DNA of 60,554 bases, filler included. It is 4 parts of 4 records of this genome, joined end to end, with 100 filler letters (N's around TTAATTAATTAA, not from the genome) between each part and the next. Parts side by side here need not be neighbours in the genome. Positions count along the whole stretch, not along the records: positions 1 to 30,300 come from SRR20825006_824; 3 more parts are not named here. The stretch is one strand, 5' to 3'. The position numbers were made by a program, and so were the translations under genes. The notes beneath the pieces are model-generated. The model saw only the letters and a list, made by a program, of their open reading frames with translations, did not search any database and was not told where the DNA came from. Positions within the stretch are counted from its first letter, which is position 1; every line of letters begins with the position of its first letter. Positions 10,977-20,906 of this stretch are shown here, one piece after another.

Positions 10977-12299
10977 CTAACAAAACTTGGTAGATCCGTG
11001 ACAGTTCTGTTGTGGGGTCATCTCAAACTCAGGGTGTTCAATGAGATAGCCCGGCGCCCCTAAAAGATCCAACGCATCACCGATAGACAAGGTTCCCAGC
11101 TGAGCATTCTCATTCACAATATCCATCAGTTTCACGCTCGGTGCATTTAGCCACCACCCTGTATTGGCTGGAACGGAGTAAGCGCTATTACATCTTTCTG
11201 TCGCGTAACTCGTTGTACAGGCATCAACTGCGGTGTTATACGTTCCCGCATTCTGAAACTCCTGTATTGGAGTAATCTTGCTATATCTTGGGTAAGCGAT
11301 AGGTTCTCGCTGGAAAGAAAGAAAAAAATCGCCGGTATTTTCGAAAGTCAATTTATGCGCCAGGCGAAGATCTGTATTCAGTTGCGCATAGGCGGAATCA
11401 AGGATTTGAGTCAAAATTCCTGAAAGACCATTCCCCTGAAGATTCAGCTGTGCCGAGCGCAACCCCAGCGTCTGCATTCTGGTACCAGCCACATCAACGA
11501 AAAGCGCATCATTTTTTCCTGTGCCGCATGAATCAAGTTCCGTCTGCGTCCTACCTGCACATCCCCAGGCATCAAGAGGAATAGGAATCCCCAGACAGAA
11601 ACCACCAATCACTGCACCACCGCAAATATCCGCACGTACGCGCATGGTGATGGAAAGCTCCGTCCCCAGGAAACCACTAACGGTATTAATACCGGAATGG
11701 CATCCCGCAACGCCCGCTCCTGTTGAAACGCCAGTATTACAGCTTCCAGCAAACGCAGTATTTTCCTGATTGATCGCGCCATTCTGGGTGTACCTGCGAC
11801 CGGCAACCATTGCCCCGTCGGCAGACTCCCCCCCTATCTTTATCCCTGCCACTTCTCTCAGCGTGGCGGTATCATCATTCTTTATCGCTATTTCCACATA
11901 GGGCCGTGTCAATTTGAATGGACTACCGGATGCACCGGGTTCTGTTCCATTTCTGCCCATCAGGGACGCATAGTCGATATCAATATCGCAACCTGCAAAA
12001 CCGGAAAGATGATCATTAATTCCTCCACAACCAAGCTGCAGCTTGGAAATATTCATGTTCATTTCCAGTTCACCATTCAAGCCCATACGGTAAAAATCAA
12101 AAGGCTCAGAATAGGCATTGTAACCTGCAAGCTCACTGCCCGATATTTTGTCATTCAGTATCAACCCCTGGCCCGCCACTTGCCTGAGATCATTATCTTA
12201 CAGGGGGATCATTTCACTGACATTCGCCATTGCGATTTTCCAAAAAAAAAGAAAAAATCCCCCAATAAAAAAACAGGTACCGACTTTATTTTTATTCAT
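10977..12299 (-). pseudogene. Secreted DUF6160/FilA-like protein interrupted by an in-frame TAA at codon 34 (12198-12200)
   Basis: ATG 12299 is in frame with the 400-aa ORF (GTG 12179) and reads MNKNKVGTCFFIGGFFLFFWKIAMANVSEMIPL*DNDLRQVAGQG; Cys-rich body (LQLGCGGIN, GCDIDID). Confidence 0.7.
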
Positions 12300-12300
12300 C

Positions 12301-12972
12301 CTAGTACCCATACATCATCATGTTGCCGTCAAAACGCAGTTGCGCAGGCCCACCGGATCCATTAACTCCATCCGCCATTTTCAAACCGATCGCCGAAGCC
12401 GGTGTTTCATTTCTCAGGTAACCTGGCACGATGATATTTCCACCGGGGTCGCTCTGATTGAACTCTGCGGCCACTTTGCCGGCATTCAGGAATATTTCTG
12501 CATCGTTATAGAAGGCAGTGTTACTGCCCAGATCGGAGTGGTCATAGCTCAACTGGATTGCCGGGCGATCATCAGGGTCAAACCCCATCCCAAATCGCTC
12601 CTGGCATGCTGCATCGCAGTACCCGGACACGCTGTCCTGAGTTCTCACACCATCAACGTGGACCTCGTTGAGTTTAAAAACCCCGTAGTATTCCTTTACC
12701 ACCAGCCAGGCATCGTCGATGCCATTAAACTGGAGCGCGAATCGACAATCCGGTGTGCCTGAAGCCACCAAGGCCGAGGTTGGGCAGTTATCCGGTACCA
12801 CCTCTCCCGATGCATTCAGCGTCGCATTGATAAGCATTTCAAAATTCAGAGCGATCCCCTGCCTGGCCGATACACCGGATAACTCTTCATCATTGAGCAA
12901 TGCCATTTGCTCCGCGCTAAAAGCAGTGGCGGGGACATTCAGGACCAGGAGGAAAAATAGAGTTTTTTTCAT
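12301..12972 (-). CDS. Secreted DUF6160-like protein (223 aa)
   Basis: GGAGG RBS, signal MKKTLFFLLVLNVPATAFSA, then MALLNDEELSGVSARQG. Confidence 0.72.
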   Translation of the reverse strand: MKKTLFFLLVLNVPATAFSAEQMALLNDEELSGVSARQGIALNFEMLINATLNASGEVVPDNCPTSALVASGTPDCRFALQFNGIDDAWLVVKEYYGVFKLNEVHVDGVRTQDSVSGYCDAACQERFGMGFDPDDRPAIQLSYDHSDLGSNTAFYNDAEIFLNAGKVAAEFNQSDPGGNIIVPGYLRNETPASAIGLKMADGVNGSGGPAQLRFDGNMMMYGY

Positions 12973-12980
12973 GGCCCCTC

Positions 12981-14636
12981 CTAGTACTGGGCACCGAGGC
13001 TGGTGAATTTGAAACTGTTTATCAGCAAGCCTTCTGCTCTCGAATCTCCCAGGTTGGCTACCCCCGTTCGTATTACCGGTAATGTTTGTGTGCCTGCAGA
13101 GGCTGCATCGAAAAAGGCCTGTGGATTGACTTTGCTGGTGTTGGTGTACGCGCTGCCTGCGGAGATGCTGTATCCACCGCCATATCCACAATTCAGCCCT
13201 GTGCCAACGGATGGTGTGCAGCTGTCATGTTGCTTGTAAAAGCGGCTTCCTGTTCCACGCGGGTTGTAACCATCACCGGAGCACCCCGTTCCCCCGGGAC
13301 AGTTGTATTGACTTTGCCCGGCTCTGACATCCACAGCCGTCATGGTGTAAGCAAAGGCATCGAAGTCAGTACATCCGCTGCACTTGCTGAAAAAAATGCC
13401 GTCGCTGGTGTCGTTAAAGGTATTTCGTTGAGCAATGATCGCCCCTGTCCCATCCGTGACTGTCATGCTGGTCGGTACCGCAGGACATCCCACTCCCTGA
13501 CACGGGAACCAGTCACCCCAGCGTGAATAGCCATGGGTCTGGAAATAATTATCGGGCACTGTGACCGAAGGCGTTGCGCCATAGGTATTGGCGAGTAACG
13601 CAGCACGAGCTGTCTGATAACCGGCATGAATCGAATCAGCCACGGCCAGGCTGTAATGACGGCGATAAACAGCGGGGTTATCGGGTATTTCGTTGAGGGC
13701 CAGAACGAAATTACCGTTGGTAATATCGTTACCACTTGCATCCTTTGGAACATCAATCGTGAATGCCTGATAAAAAAGGTGACCCAGCGGCAAAAAGGCA
13801 TCTACGTTCCGAAAATGCATCCCCTCAAAAGCATCGAACTGAACCGGTGTTCCCAGTGTGTCTGAATCCTTGCCGTTTACTTGATTGGCACTGAACCGAA
13901 AGTCACCTTGCAGATGGCTTTTATAGAGAAAAGCAAAATTCGGATTGCCCGCTTCCGTGGACTGGAAAAATTGCAGGACACTGCCCGCCGCACTGCCTTG
14001 AATAATCGTTTGGGTTTTCAAAAGACCGTAATCAGCAGCCGGGCCACCTTTGCCTGCCTCAATCTCTCCCCAGAAAGAAAAGCGGTAGTCCTGCTGAGAG
14101 GTGGGAGCCAACAATTCCAGGACGGTCTTGCTGGTCGAGGTGTCTCCGCCCCAGGTAACAACGCCATTGCCTATTTGATTGGCGCCACTGCCGTTTCCTG
14201 AATAATCCATGACCCGCAGGACATAGGGATTATCGTGGGCCGCAAAATGCGCAATGGTGCCACCACGCGGACATCCCAGGCCGCCATACCCCTGGCTTGC
14301 GCAAGCATCCATGCTGCTTCCGGTTTCAGTCCAGGTGGTACCAGCGCCTTTGGCCGACACATTAATGCCGTACCAGCGCAGGTCGCCACGCAGGAAGGTG
14401 CTCTCCGGGTCTGTACCGGAACCCACCTGCTCGAAATAGCTGGTTGGCTTGGTGAGCCAGCGAAAGTCCTCCCAGACAAAAGCAAGCCCGGCGCCACTGA
14501 CATTGGACATGGCCGCCTCATCCATCTGTTCAAGCGCCGCCATACCCGGCAAGGGCAGGCAGGCCAGCCACCCGAACAGAACTGAATGCACTGCGTTGCA
14601 TACAATACGCTTGCGATGATGTGCCATTCGCATCAC
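12981..14636 (-). CDS. Secreted Cys-rich DUF6160-like protein (about 551 aa)
   Basis: Signal peptide then ALEQMDEAAMSNVSGAG; many paired cysteines; GGGAG RBS. Confidence 0.7.
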   Translation of the reverse strand: MMRMAHHRKRIVCNAVHSVLFGWLACLPLPGMAALEQMDEAAMSNVSGAGLAFVWEDFRWLTKPTSYFEQVGSGTDPESTFLRGDLRWYGINVSAKGAGTTWTETGSSMDACASQGYGGLGCPRGGTIAHFAAHDNPYVLRVMDYSGNGSGANQIGNGVVTWGGDTSTSKTVLELLAPTSQQDYRFSFWGEIEAGKGGPAADYGLLKTQTIIQGSAAGSVLQFFQSTEAGNPNFAFLYKSHLQGDFRFSANQVNGKDSDTLGTPVQFDAFEGMHFRNVDAFLPLGHLFYQAFTIDVPKDASGNDITNGNFVLALNEIPDNPAVYRRHYSLAVADSIHAGYQTARAALLANTYGATPSVTVPDNYFQTHGYSRWGDWFPCQGVGCPAVPTSMTVTDGTGAIIAQRNTFNDTSDGIFFSKCSGCTDFDAFAYTMTAVDVRAGQSQYNCPGGTGCSGDGYNPRGTGSRFYKQHDSCTPSVGTGLNCGYGGGYSISAGSAYTNTSKVNPQAFFDAASAGTQTLPVIRTGVANLGDSRAEGLLINSFKFTSLGAQY

Positions 14637-14889
14637 GCGCTCTCCCGTATACTTTTTCGTTATTCTTATTTCCTATCTGCTAAAACGTATTCACAGATGG
14701 TTGCTATGGTTTTACACAAAGTGGCGCGAGCGTATTGATCAAACAATGACCACATAGCAATTTTTTGTATACGGACTTTCAGACCACTGTTTTAAATGGC
14801 TTTTTCCTGTCGATGGCAAATGGGCGAAAAAGTCATAAATCAAATATTCCGGCCAATCAGCGAAGTAAAAAACCAACAAAACTCTTTTA

Positions 14890-14902
14890 TATCAATAGCT
14901 TA
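14890..14902. promoter_or_regulatory. IHF consensus site in the AT-rich region upstream of the cassette
   Basis: TATCAATAGCTTA matches WATCAANNNNTTR. Confidence 0.45.
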
Positions 14903-15112
14903 AAAATTACCTAACAATAACTGAAAACGAAATGTGTTAGCTGAATGCAAACGGCAGATTTCAGCCTGGCTGGTGCTACGCCGGGTTGCCGTTTTTGGAG
15001 GGGAGGATTGGGGTGACGGGCGCATGCCCTTCGGGAATAACGCGGCGCTGGTCAGGAGTTGGGGAGCACTGACATCGCACCGCAAGCGACGCTACAGGGA
15101 TGATTGGACCAC

Positions 15113-16483
15113 TTATTTGCCAATGCAGAACGAGGAGAAGATTCGCCCCAAAAGATCATCAGCCGTAAAGGCGCCGGTGATTTCTTCCAGGGCTTTCTGG
15201 GCGGCGCGCAGGTCTTCGGCCAGCAGCTCGCCAGCCGCATGGCCATGCAACTGTCGCTCACCGCTGTCCAGGGCCGCCAACGCCTGCTCCAGCGCAGTAA
15301 TATGACGACGGCGAGCCGAAAAGCGACTTTGTCCTTCGCCCTGGTAGCCGGCAGCGTCTTTCAGATGGCGGCGCAACGCCTCAAGCCCGTCGCCGCTGGC
15401 CGCTGAAATCACAAAGGCGCCATCATCACGCTGACCAGTCGGTAATCCGGACAGGTCCGCTTTATTCAGGACCACGGTGACGGGCAACTCCAGGTTTTCC
15501 AGCTGCTGCTGGCTTTGCGGGAGCAGGCTGTGGATATCATTGATGTCTCCCTCACTATCGCGGGAATCCACCATCACCAGCAAACGGTCAGCCTTGCGCA
15601 TTTCCGCGTAGGCACGCCGAATTCCTTCCTGCTCCACCACGTCAGCACTGTCGCGCAGGCCGGCGGTGTCGATCAGATTCAGGGGCATACCGTCCAGCTG
15701 AATGGATTCGCGCAGTACGTCCCGGGTGGTGCCAGCAATATCGGTAACGATAGCCGCATCAAAGCCAGCCAGGGCATTCATCAGGGACGACTTGCCGGCA
15801 TTGGGTTTGCCGGCGATCACCAGGGTCATACCTTCGCGCACCAATCGGCCCTGGTTGGCTTCATCCAGCACGCGCAGGCACTGACGTCGTACCGCCGTCA
15901 GGTCGCTGGCCACCTTGCCGTCGGACAGGAAATCAATTTCCTCTTCCGGAAAGTCGATGGCCGCTTCCACATAGATCCGCAGCCCAATCAGCGCTTCGAC
16001 CAGCTGGTTCACTTCATCGGAAAACACCCCCTGCAGGGAATGCAGGGCCGCACGGGCGGAAGCGCTGGTGCCGGCATCAATCAAATCGGCGATGGCTTCC
16101 GCCTGGGTCAGATCCATCTTGTCGTTGAGGAAGGCCCGCTGGGAGAATTCTCCGGCGCGGGCCTGACGCGCACCGGCGGCGATGCAGGCAGCTACCAGCA
16201 TGTCCAGAATCACCGGGCCGCCGTGGCCCTGGAGTTCCACCACATCTTCCCCGGTAAAGGAATGCGGGGCCGGAAACGTGATGACCAGGCCTTCGTCGAG
16301 AATCTCCCCAGCCTGATCACGAAAACGCCTAAAGTGCGCCACCCTGGGTGACAGTGATTGCTCACCAACAACAAGAGACGCAATGCTCAGGGCCTGCGGA
16401 CCGGAAAGACGCACCACACCGACGCCCCCCCGGCCGGGAGCGGTGGCAATGGCGACAATGGTATCCGGGGAAGAGGTCTGCAT
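15113..16483 (-). CDS. mnmE: tRNA modification GTPase MnmE
   Basis: [22 protein letters not shown] and C-terminal FCIGK. Confidence 0.98.
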   Translation of the reverse strand: MQTSSPDTIVAIATAPGRGGVGVVRLSGPQALSIASLVVGEQSLSPRVAHFRRFRDQAGEILDEGLVITFPAPHSFTGEDVVELQGHGGPVILDMLVAACIAAGARQARAGEFSQRAFLNDKMDLTQAEAIADLIDAGTSASARAALHSLQGVFSDEVNQLVEALIGLRIYVEAAIDFPEEEIDFLSDGKVASDLTAVRRQCLRVLDEANQGRLVREGMTLVIAGKPNAGKSSLMNALAGFDAAIVTDIAGTTRDVLRESIQLDGMPLNLIDTAGLRDSADVVEQEGIRRAYAEMRKADRLLVMVDSRDSEGDINDIHSLLPQSQQQLENLELPVTVVLNKADLSGLPTGQRDDGAFVISAASGDGLEALRRHLKDAAGYQGEGQSRFSARRRHITALEQALAALDSGERQLHGHAAGELLAEDLRAAQKALEEITGAFTADDLLGRIFSSFCIGK

Positions 16484-16530
16484 AAGAAGATTATAGAGAG
16501 CGCCTTGCGCCTCACGCCATACGCCGGGCA

Positions 16531-16570
16531 GAAAAGAAAAAAGCCGATCTATCGATCGGCTTCATTTCTG
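16531..16570 (-). terminator. Terminator after yidC
   Basis: AAGCCGATC-TATC-GATCGGCTT hairpin with a U-rich tail on the minus strand. Confidence 0.75.
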
Positions 16571-16591
16571 TCTGGCGGCCAGCGTGGTGCG

Positions 16592-18340
16592 TCAGGCCTC
16601 ATTCTCGATCTTGCGGGTAATAATCCACTGCTGGGCAATGGACAGGATGTTGTTGGTCAGCCAGTACAGTACCAGGCCGGCCGGGAACCACAGCATGAAC
16701 ACCGCAAAGATCATCGGCATCCACTTCATCACCTGCGCCTGGGTCGGGTCTGCCGGTGTCGGGTTCAGGCGGGTCTGCAGGAACATGGACGCGCCCATCA
16801 GGATCGGCAGCACAAAGTACGGGTCCATCACGGACAGGTCGTTGATCCACAGGAAGAACGGCGCCTGGCGCAGCTCAACGGACTCCAGCAACACATAGTA
16901 CAGGGCGATAAACACCGGCATCTGTACCAGCATGGGCAAGCAGCCGCCCAGCGGGTTGATCTTTTCCCGCTTGAACAGATTCATGGTTTCCATCTGCTGC
17001 TTCTGCTTGTCGTTCTTGTTCTGCTCCTTGATGCGCTGCATTTCCGGCGCAACCTTGCGCATCTTGGCCATGGAACGGTAGCTGGTGGCGCTGAGCTTGA
17101 AGAAGATCGCCTTAATGATGAAGGTCAGCAGGATGATTGCTACACCCCAGTTGCCCACACCGCCACCGATGTCGATATCCATACCGAAGACAGACACTTC
17201 CCCGCTCTGCAGGAACACCAGCAAGGCAAAGATGGGCTGGGAGATAAACCACAACCAGCCGTAGTCCACGGTCATGTTCAGGCCCGGGCTGATGGCTTCC
17301 AGGTTGTCCTGCTGCTTGGGACCGGCATAGAACTCGGCATACAACACCGATTCTTCACCCGGCTGCACTGTGGTATTCGGGGAAACGAACCGGAGCAGAT
17401 ACTGGTCGCGTGATTGCAGGTACACGCTGGAGTAATGGTTTTTCTGTTTGGCGTCGGGAATCCAGGCAGATACAAAGTAATGCTGGACCATGGCAAACCA
17501 GCCGCCTTCCACCGTCTGGTCCAGCTTCACCCCGTCTTCGCTCATGTCATCAAACGTGAGCTTGTTGTAAGGCTTCTCCGGGTTCCAGTACGCAGCCCCA
17601 AGATAGGTGGGCATGGGCGCGAAGCCGGTGGTGGATAACCCGGGGTCATCGCTACCATCGCGCTTGATCTGGCCATACAGGGCACCGGTCCAGGGGCTGC
17701 TGCCGTTATTGCGGACGATATGGCTGACACGAACCAGGTAGCTGCCTTTCTCGAAGGTATAGCGCTTGATGATTTCGGCGCCATTGTCCTGGGTCAGGGT
17801 CAGATCCACATTCAGCTCGTTGCTGCCCTCCGCAAGCTGGTAACTCTGCTGGGCACTGCTCCAGTGCGGGCGACCTTTGCTGGAATCGGTGCCGTTCTTG
17901 CCCACCAGGCCACTCTGGGCCACGTAGGTGCCACTGTTGTTCTGGTCCATGAACACAAAGGGCTGGTCAGGGGTATCGATATGCTTGGGGTAATCGGGCA
18001 ATGCCAATCGAACGATATCACCACCGACCGGGTTGATTTCCACCCGCAGCACATCCGTGCTGACCTCAATACGTTGGGAGGAAGTTGCGGTATCCGGAGT
18101 CTCGATTTGGGGAGCGACAGGCTGATCACCGTCAGCCTGGGCGGCTGGGATGCTGTTCTCGGTTTCCGGTTGCGGCGCAGGCAAATCCGCACTGTCTGCG
18201 GATGAAGGGCTCCCTTGCTCTGCCACCTGTTCAACAGGGACAGGGGTTGCCGAGTCTGCGTGATCCCGCTGCCAAGCCTGAATCATCAGGTAAGAGACAA
18301 CGGCAATACCGGTAATAACTAGGGCGCGCTGGATTTCCAT
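16592..18340 (-). CDS. yidC: Membrane protein insertase YidC
   Basis: VDYGWLWF, GNWGVAII, NPLGGCLP motifs; conserved rnpA-yidC-mnmE synteny; start taken at MEIQR. Confidence 0.97.
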   Translation of the reverse strand: MEIQRALVITGIAVVSYLMIQAWQRDHADSATPVPVEQVAEQGSPSSADSADLPAPQPETENSIPAAQADGDQPVAPQIETPDTATSSQRIEVSTDVLRVEINPVGGDIVRLALPDYPKHIDTPDQPFVFMDQNNSGTYVAQSGLVGKNGTDSSKGRPHWSSAQQSYQLAEGSNELNVDLTLTQDNGAEIIKRYTFEKGSYLVRVSHIVRNNGSSPWTGALYGQIKRDGSDDPGLSTTGFAPMPTYLGAAYWNPEKPYNKLTFDDMSEDGVKLDQTVEGGWFAMVQHYFVSAWIPDAKQKNHYSSVYLQSRDQYLLRFVSPNTTVQPGEESVLYAEFYAGPKQQDNLEAISPGLNMTVDYGWLWFISQPIFALLVFLQSGEVSVFGMDIDIGGGVGNWGVAIILLTFIIKAIFFKLSATSYRSMAKMRKVAPEMQRIKEQNKNDKQKQQMETMNLFKREKINPLGGCLPMLVQMPVFIALYYVLLESVELRQAPFFLWINDLSVMDPYFVLPILMGASMFLQTRLNPTPADPTQAQVMKWMPMIFAVFMLWFPAGLVLYWLTNNILSIAQQWIITRKIENEA

Positions 18341-18380
18341 AGGAGGCTTATCTGTGGCGTGAAAAACGGGCCGCAGTTTC

Positions 18381-18746
18381 TCAAGCTTGCCGGCACTTAG
18401 CAAGCAGCTTGTCAAATAGCCGGGTGATATCGCGGGTAACCTGATCCGGATCCGGGTTCTCGATTCGCCCCCTGACCAGCAGAATTATGTCCAGACCCGC
18501 CAGTTCTTGCTGTCGGCAGCGGAACTGTTCGCGTACCCGTCGCTTGATTCTGGCACGGTCTACGGCGCGTTTGGCGCGTTTACGGCCAATCACCAGGCCC
18601 AGTCGGGGTTGCGGTTGGGTATTGCGTGTTACCAGAAGCAAGTAACTGCTCAAGCCAACCTTCCATTCAGGTTGATCAAAGACGGTTTGATACTGGGAAC
18701 CGGTAAGGAGGCGATGTTGGCGGGTAAAGGCCTGTGAGATTGGCAC
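18381..18746 (-). CDS. rnpA: Ribonuclease P protein component
   Basis: RLGLVIGRK..KRAVDRARIKRRVRE (RNR-type motif); synteny. Confidence 0.93.
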   Translation of the reverse strand: MPISQAFTRQHRLLTGSQYQTVFDQPEWKVGLSSYLLLVTRNTQPQPRLGLVIGRKRAKRAVDRARIKRRVREQFRCRQQELAGLDIILLVRGRIENPDPDQVTRDITRLFDKLLAKCRQA

Positions 18747-18784
18747 TGTTACCTCAGCCAGAAAGGCAAGGTAAAACGGTTGGC

Positions 18785-18919
18785 TTATGCAGCCAACCGC
18801 TTACGGCCCTTGGCACGACGAGCGGCCAAAATCTTGCGGCCATTTTTCGTGGCCATACGAGCACGGAAACCGTGAGCACGTTTGCGCTTGAGCACGCTTG
18901 GCTGGAATGTACGTTTCAT
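18785..18919 (-). CDS. rpmH: 50S ribosomal protein L34
   Basis: Manual translation [44 protein letters not shown] (44 aa). Confidence 0.97.
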
Positions 18920-19009
18920 GGCGTCTTCCCCATGGATTAGACAGCGATTAGAAGGGCGGCAAGTCTAGGGAACCGGAGGGGTTGTGTCAACGCGCTTTTC
19001 AGCCTGCTC

Positions 19010-19330
19010 GAAAGAAGAAAAGAAAAGACTGTTAATAGATTTTATATATTTAAGTATTTATTGATTGTAGTAGTAGTTATAGGGGAAAGCACTTTTTGTG
19101 GGTAAGCCTGAAAACTGTATTTATTTCAAGTGGTTGGCGTAATGATAACTTGCGTATCACTGTGTGTAAGTGCTGGGGGTTGTGTGGGGATGAGCTGTCA
19201 TTAAATGTGGGTATAAGTTGTGCCTCAGGTTATCCACCGGGTTGTACTGGTGCCGGTCAACAGGGTTATGGGCCTAGTTATCCACAGAAAGTTGTCATTA
19301 AAAAAAGCCCAGTCGCCTGTGGATAGGTGG
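19010..19330. promoter_or_regulatory. oriC: AT-rich unwinding element, TAG trios and DnaA boxes
   Basis: AT-rich 19010-19066; TAGTAGTAG at 19068-19076; perfect TTATCCACA at 19278-19286; near boxes at 19097-19105, 19161-19169, 19230-19238 and 19318-19326; lies between rpmH and dnaA. Confidence 0.82.
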
Positions 19331-19430
19331 GCTTCTGTAGGGGTAGAATGGCTGGCTCGACGGCGGTTGTGCATGAACGGTTTCACCGCGATCACCACGA
19401 GCAATTCATCAAGGAAATAAAGGCGGGTGT

Positions 19431-20855
19431 GTGTCTGAAGAGCTCTGGCAACGCTGTCTGACGCGACTCGAGGATGAGTTGCCGTCGCAGCAGTTCAACA
19501 TGTGGATCCGGCCGCTTCAGGTGGCTGCATCTGCGGATGGTGCGGAGCTGACCCTGTTTGCCCCCAACCGTTTTGTGGTGGATTGGGTCCGTGACAAATA
19601 CCTGGACCGAATCGGCGAGGTGTTGGGCGAGATGCAATCAGGCCCACTGCCGCAGTTGCGCCTGGAGGTGGGCTCTACCCGTGCCAGTACGCCCGTAGCG
19701 GCGTCTTTCAATGGCTCTGCCCCAGCGGCCAGCAGTGGCCCGATAACCACGCCTGCGGTGGCTCCTGCGCCCCGTCAGCCTGAATCGGATAGCAGACCGC
19801 AGCCCACGGCGCTGGGCGGCGCCCGCAAGCATCGCAGCAATCTCAATACCGGCTTTACCTTTTCCACCTTTGTCGAGGGCAAGTCCAACCGCATGGCGGC
19901 GGCTGCTGCCCAGCAGGTTGCGGAAAACCCGGCCAGCCACGGTTATAACCCGTTGCTGTTATACGGGGGGGTTGGTCTGGGTAAGACTCACCTTATGCAT
20001 GCGGTGGGCAATGAGTTGTTGCGGCGCAACCCCAATGCCAAGGTGGTCTACCTGCACAGTGAGCGTTTTGTGGCGGATATGATTTCCGCGCTACGCAACA
20101 AGACCATCAACGAATTCAAGCGATTCTATCGTTCCGTGGATGCGTTGCTGATTGATGATATTCAATTCTTTGCAGGAAAGGAGCAGTCCCAGGAAGAGTT
20201 CTTCCATACCTTTAACGCGTTGCTGGAAAATGGTCAGCAGATCATCCTCACCTGTGACAAGTTTCCCAAAGAGGTGGATGGGCTGGAAGAGCGCTTGAAG
20301 AGCCGGTTTGGTTGGGGGTTGTCCCAGCCCATGGAGCCGCCGGAGCTGGAAACCCGGGTGGCAATCCTGAAAAAGAAGGCGGAAGAGGCCAAGGTGGATC
20401 TGCCCAACGACGCGGCCTTCTTTATTGCCCAGCGAATCCGTTCTAATGTACGGGAGCTGGAAGGCGCGTTGCGCCGGGTGATCGCCCATGTGCGCTTTAC
20501 CGGGGCACAGATTGATATCGGCCTGATCAAGGAAGCGCTCAAAGATCTGATCGCACTGCAGGCGCGACAAATCAGCATCGATAATATCCAGCGCATCGTG
20601 GCCGAGTACTACAAAATCAAGATCAACGACTTGCTGTCGCCCCGGCGGACACGCTCGGTGGCGCGGCCCCGCCAGGTTGCCATGGCGCTGTCGAAAGAGC
20701 TGACGAGCCACAGCCTGCCGGAGATCGGTGAGAATTTTGGTGGCCGGGATCACACCACCGTGTTGCACGCCTGTCGCAAGGTGCTGGAGCTGCGGGAATC
20801 CAATCCGGAAATCGAAGAAGATTATCAGAATCTGTTACGGACATTGACGTCCTAA
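19431..20855 (+). CDS. dnaA: Chromosomal replication initiator DnaA
   Basis: [10 protein letters not shown] Walker [20 protein letters not shown]. Confidence 0.99.
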   Translation: MSEELWQRCLTRLEDELPSQQFNMWIRPLQVAASADGAELTLFAPNRFVVDWVRDKYLDRIGEVLGEMQSGPLPQLRLEVGSTRASTPVAASFNGSAPAASSGPITTPAVAPAPRQPESDSRPQPTALGGARKHRSNLNTGFTFSTFVEGKSNRMAAAAAQQVAENPASHGYNPLLLYGGVGLGKTHLMHAVGNELLRRNPNAKVVYLHSERFVADMISALRNKTINEFKRFYRSVDALLIDDIQFFAGKEQSQEEFFHTFNALLENGQQIILTCDKFPKEVDGLEERLKSRFGWGLSQPMEPPELETRVAILKKKAEEAKVDLPNDAAFFIAQRIRSNVRELEGALRRVIAHVRFTGAQIDIGLIKEALKDLIALQARQISIDNIQRIVAEYYKIKINDLLSPRRTRSVARPRQVAMALSKELTSHSLPEIGENFGGRDHTTVLHACRKVLELRESNPEIEEDYQNLLRTLTS

Positions 20856-20906
20856 TCGGGGTGGCTCTGTGGCGAGCAAACCCAATAACCAGAACGGGAA
20901 AGCGCA

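Noticed and set aside
12198-12200. Programmed recoding (Sec/Pyl) at the internal stop
   Set aside because: The codon is TAA, not TGA or TAG, and other genes on this contig use TAA as a normal stop.
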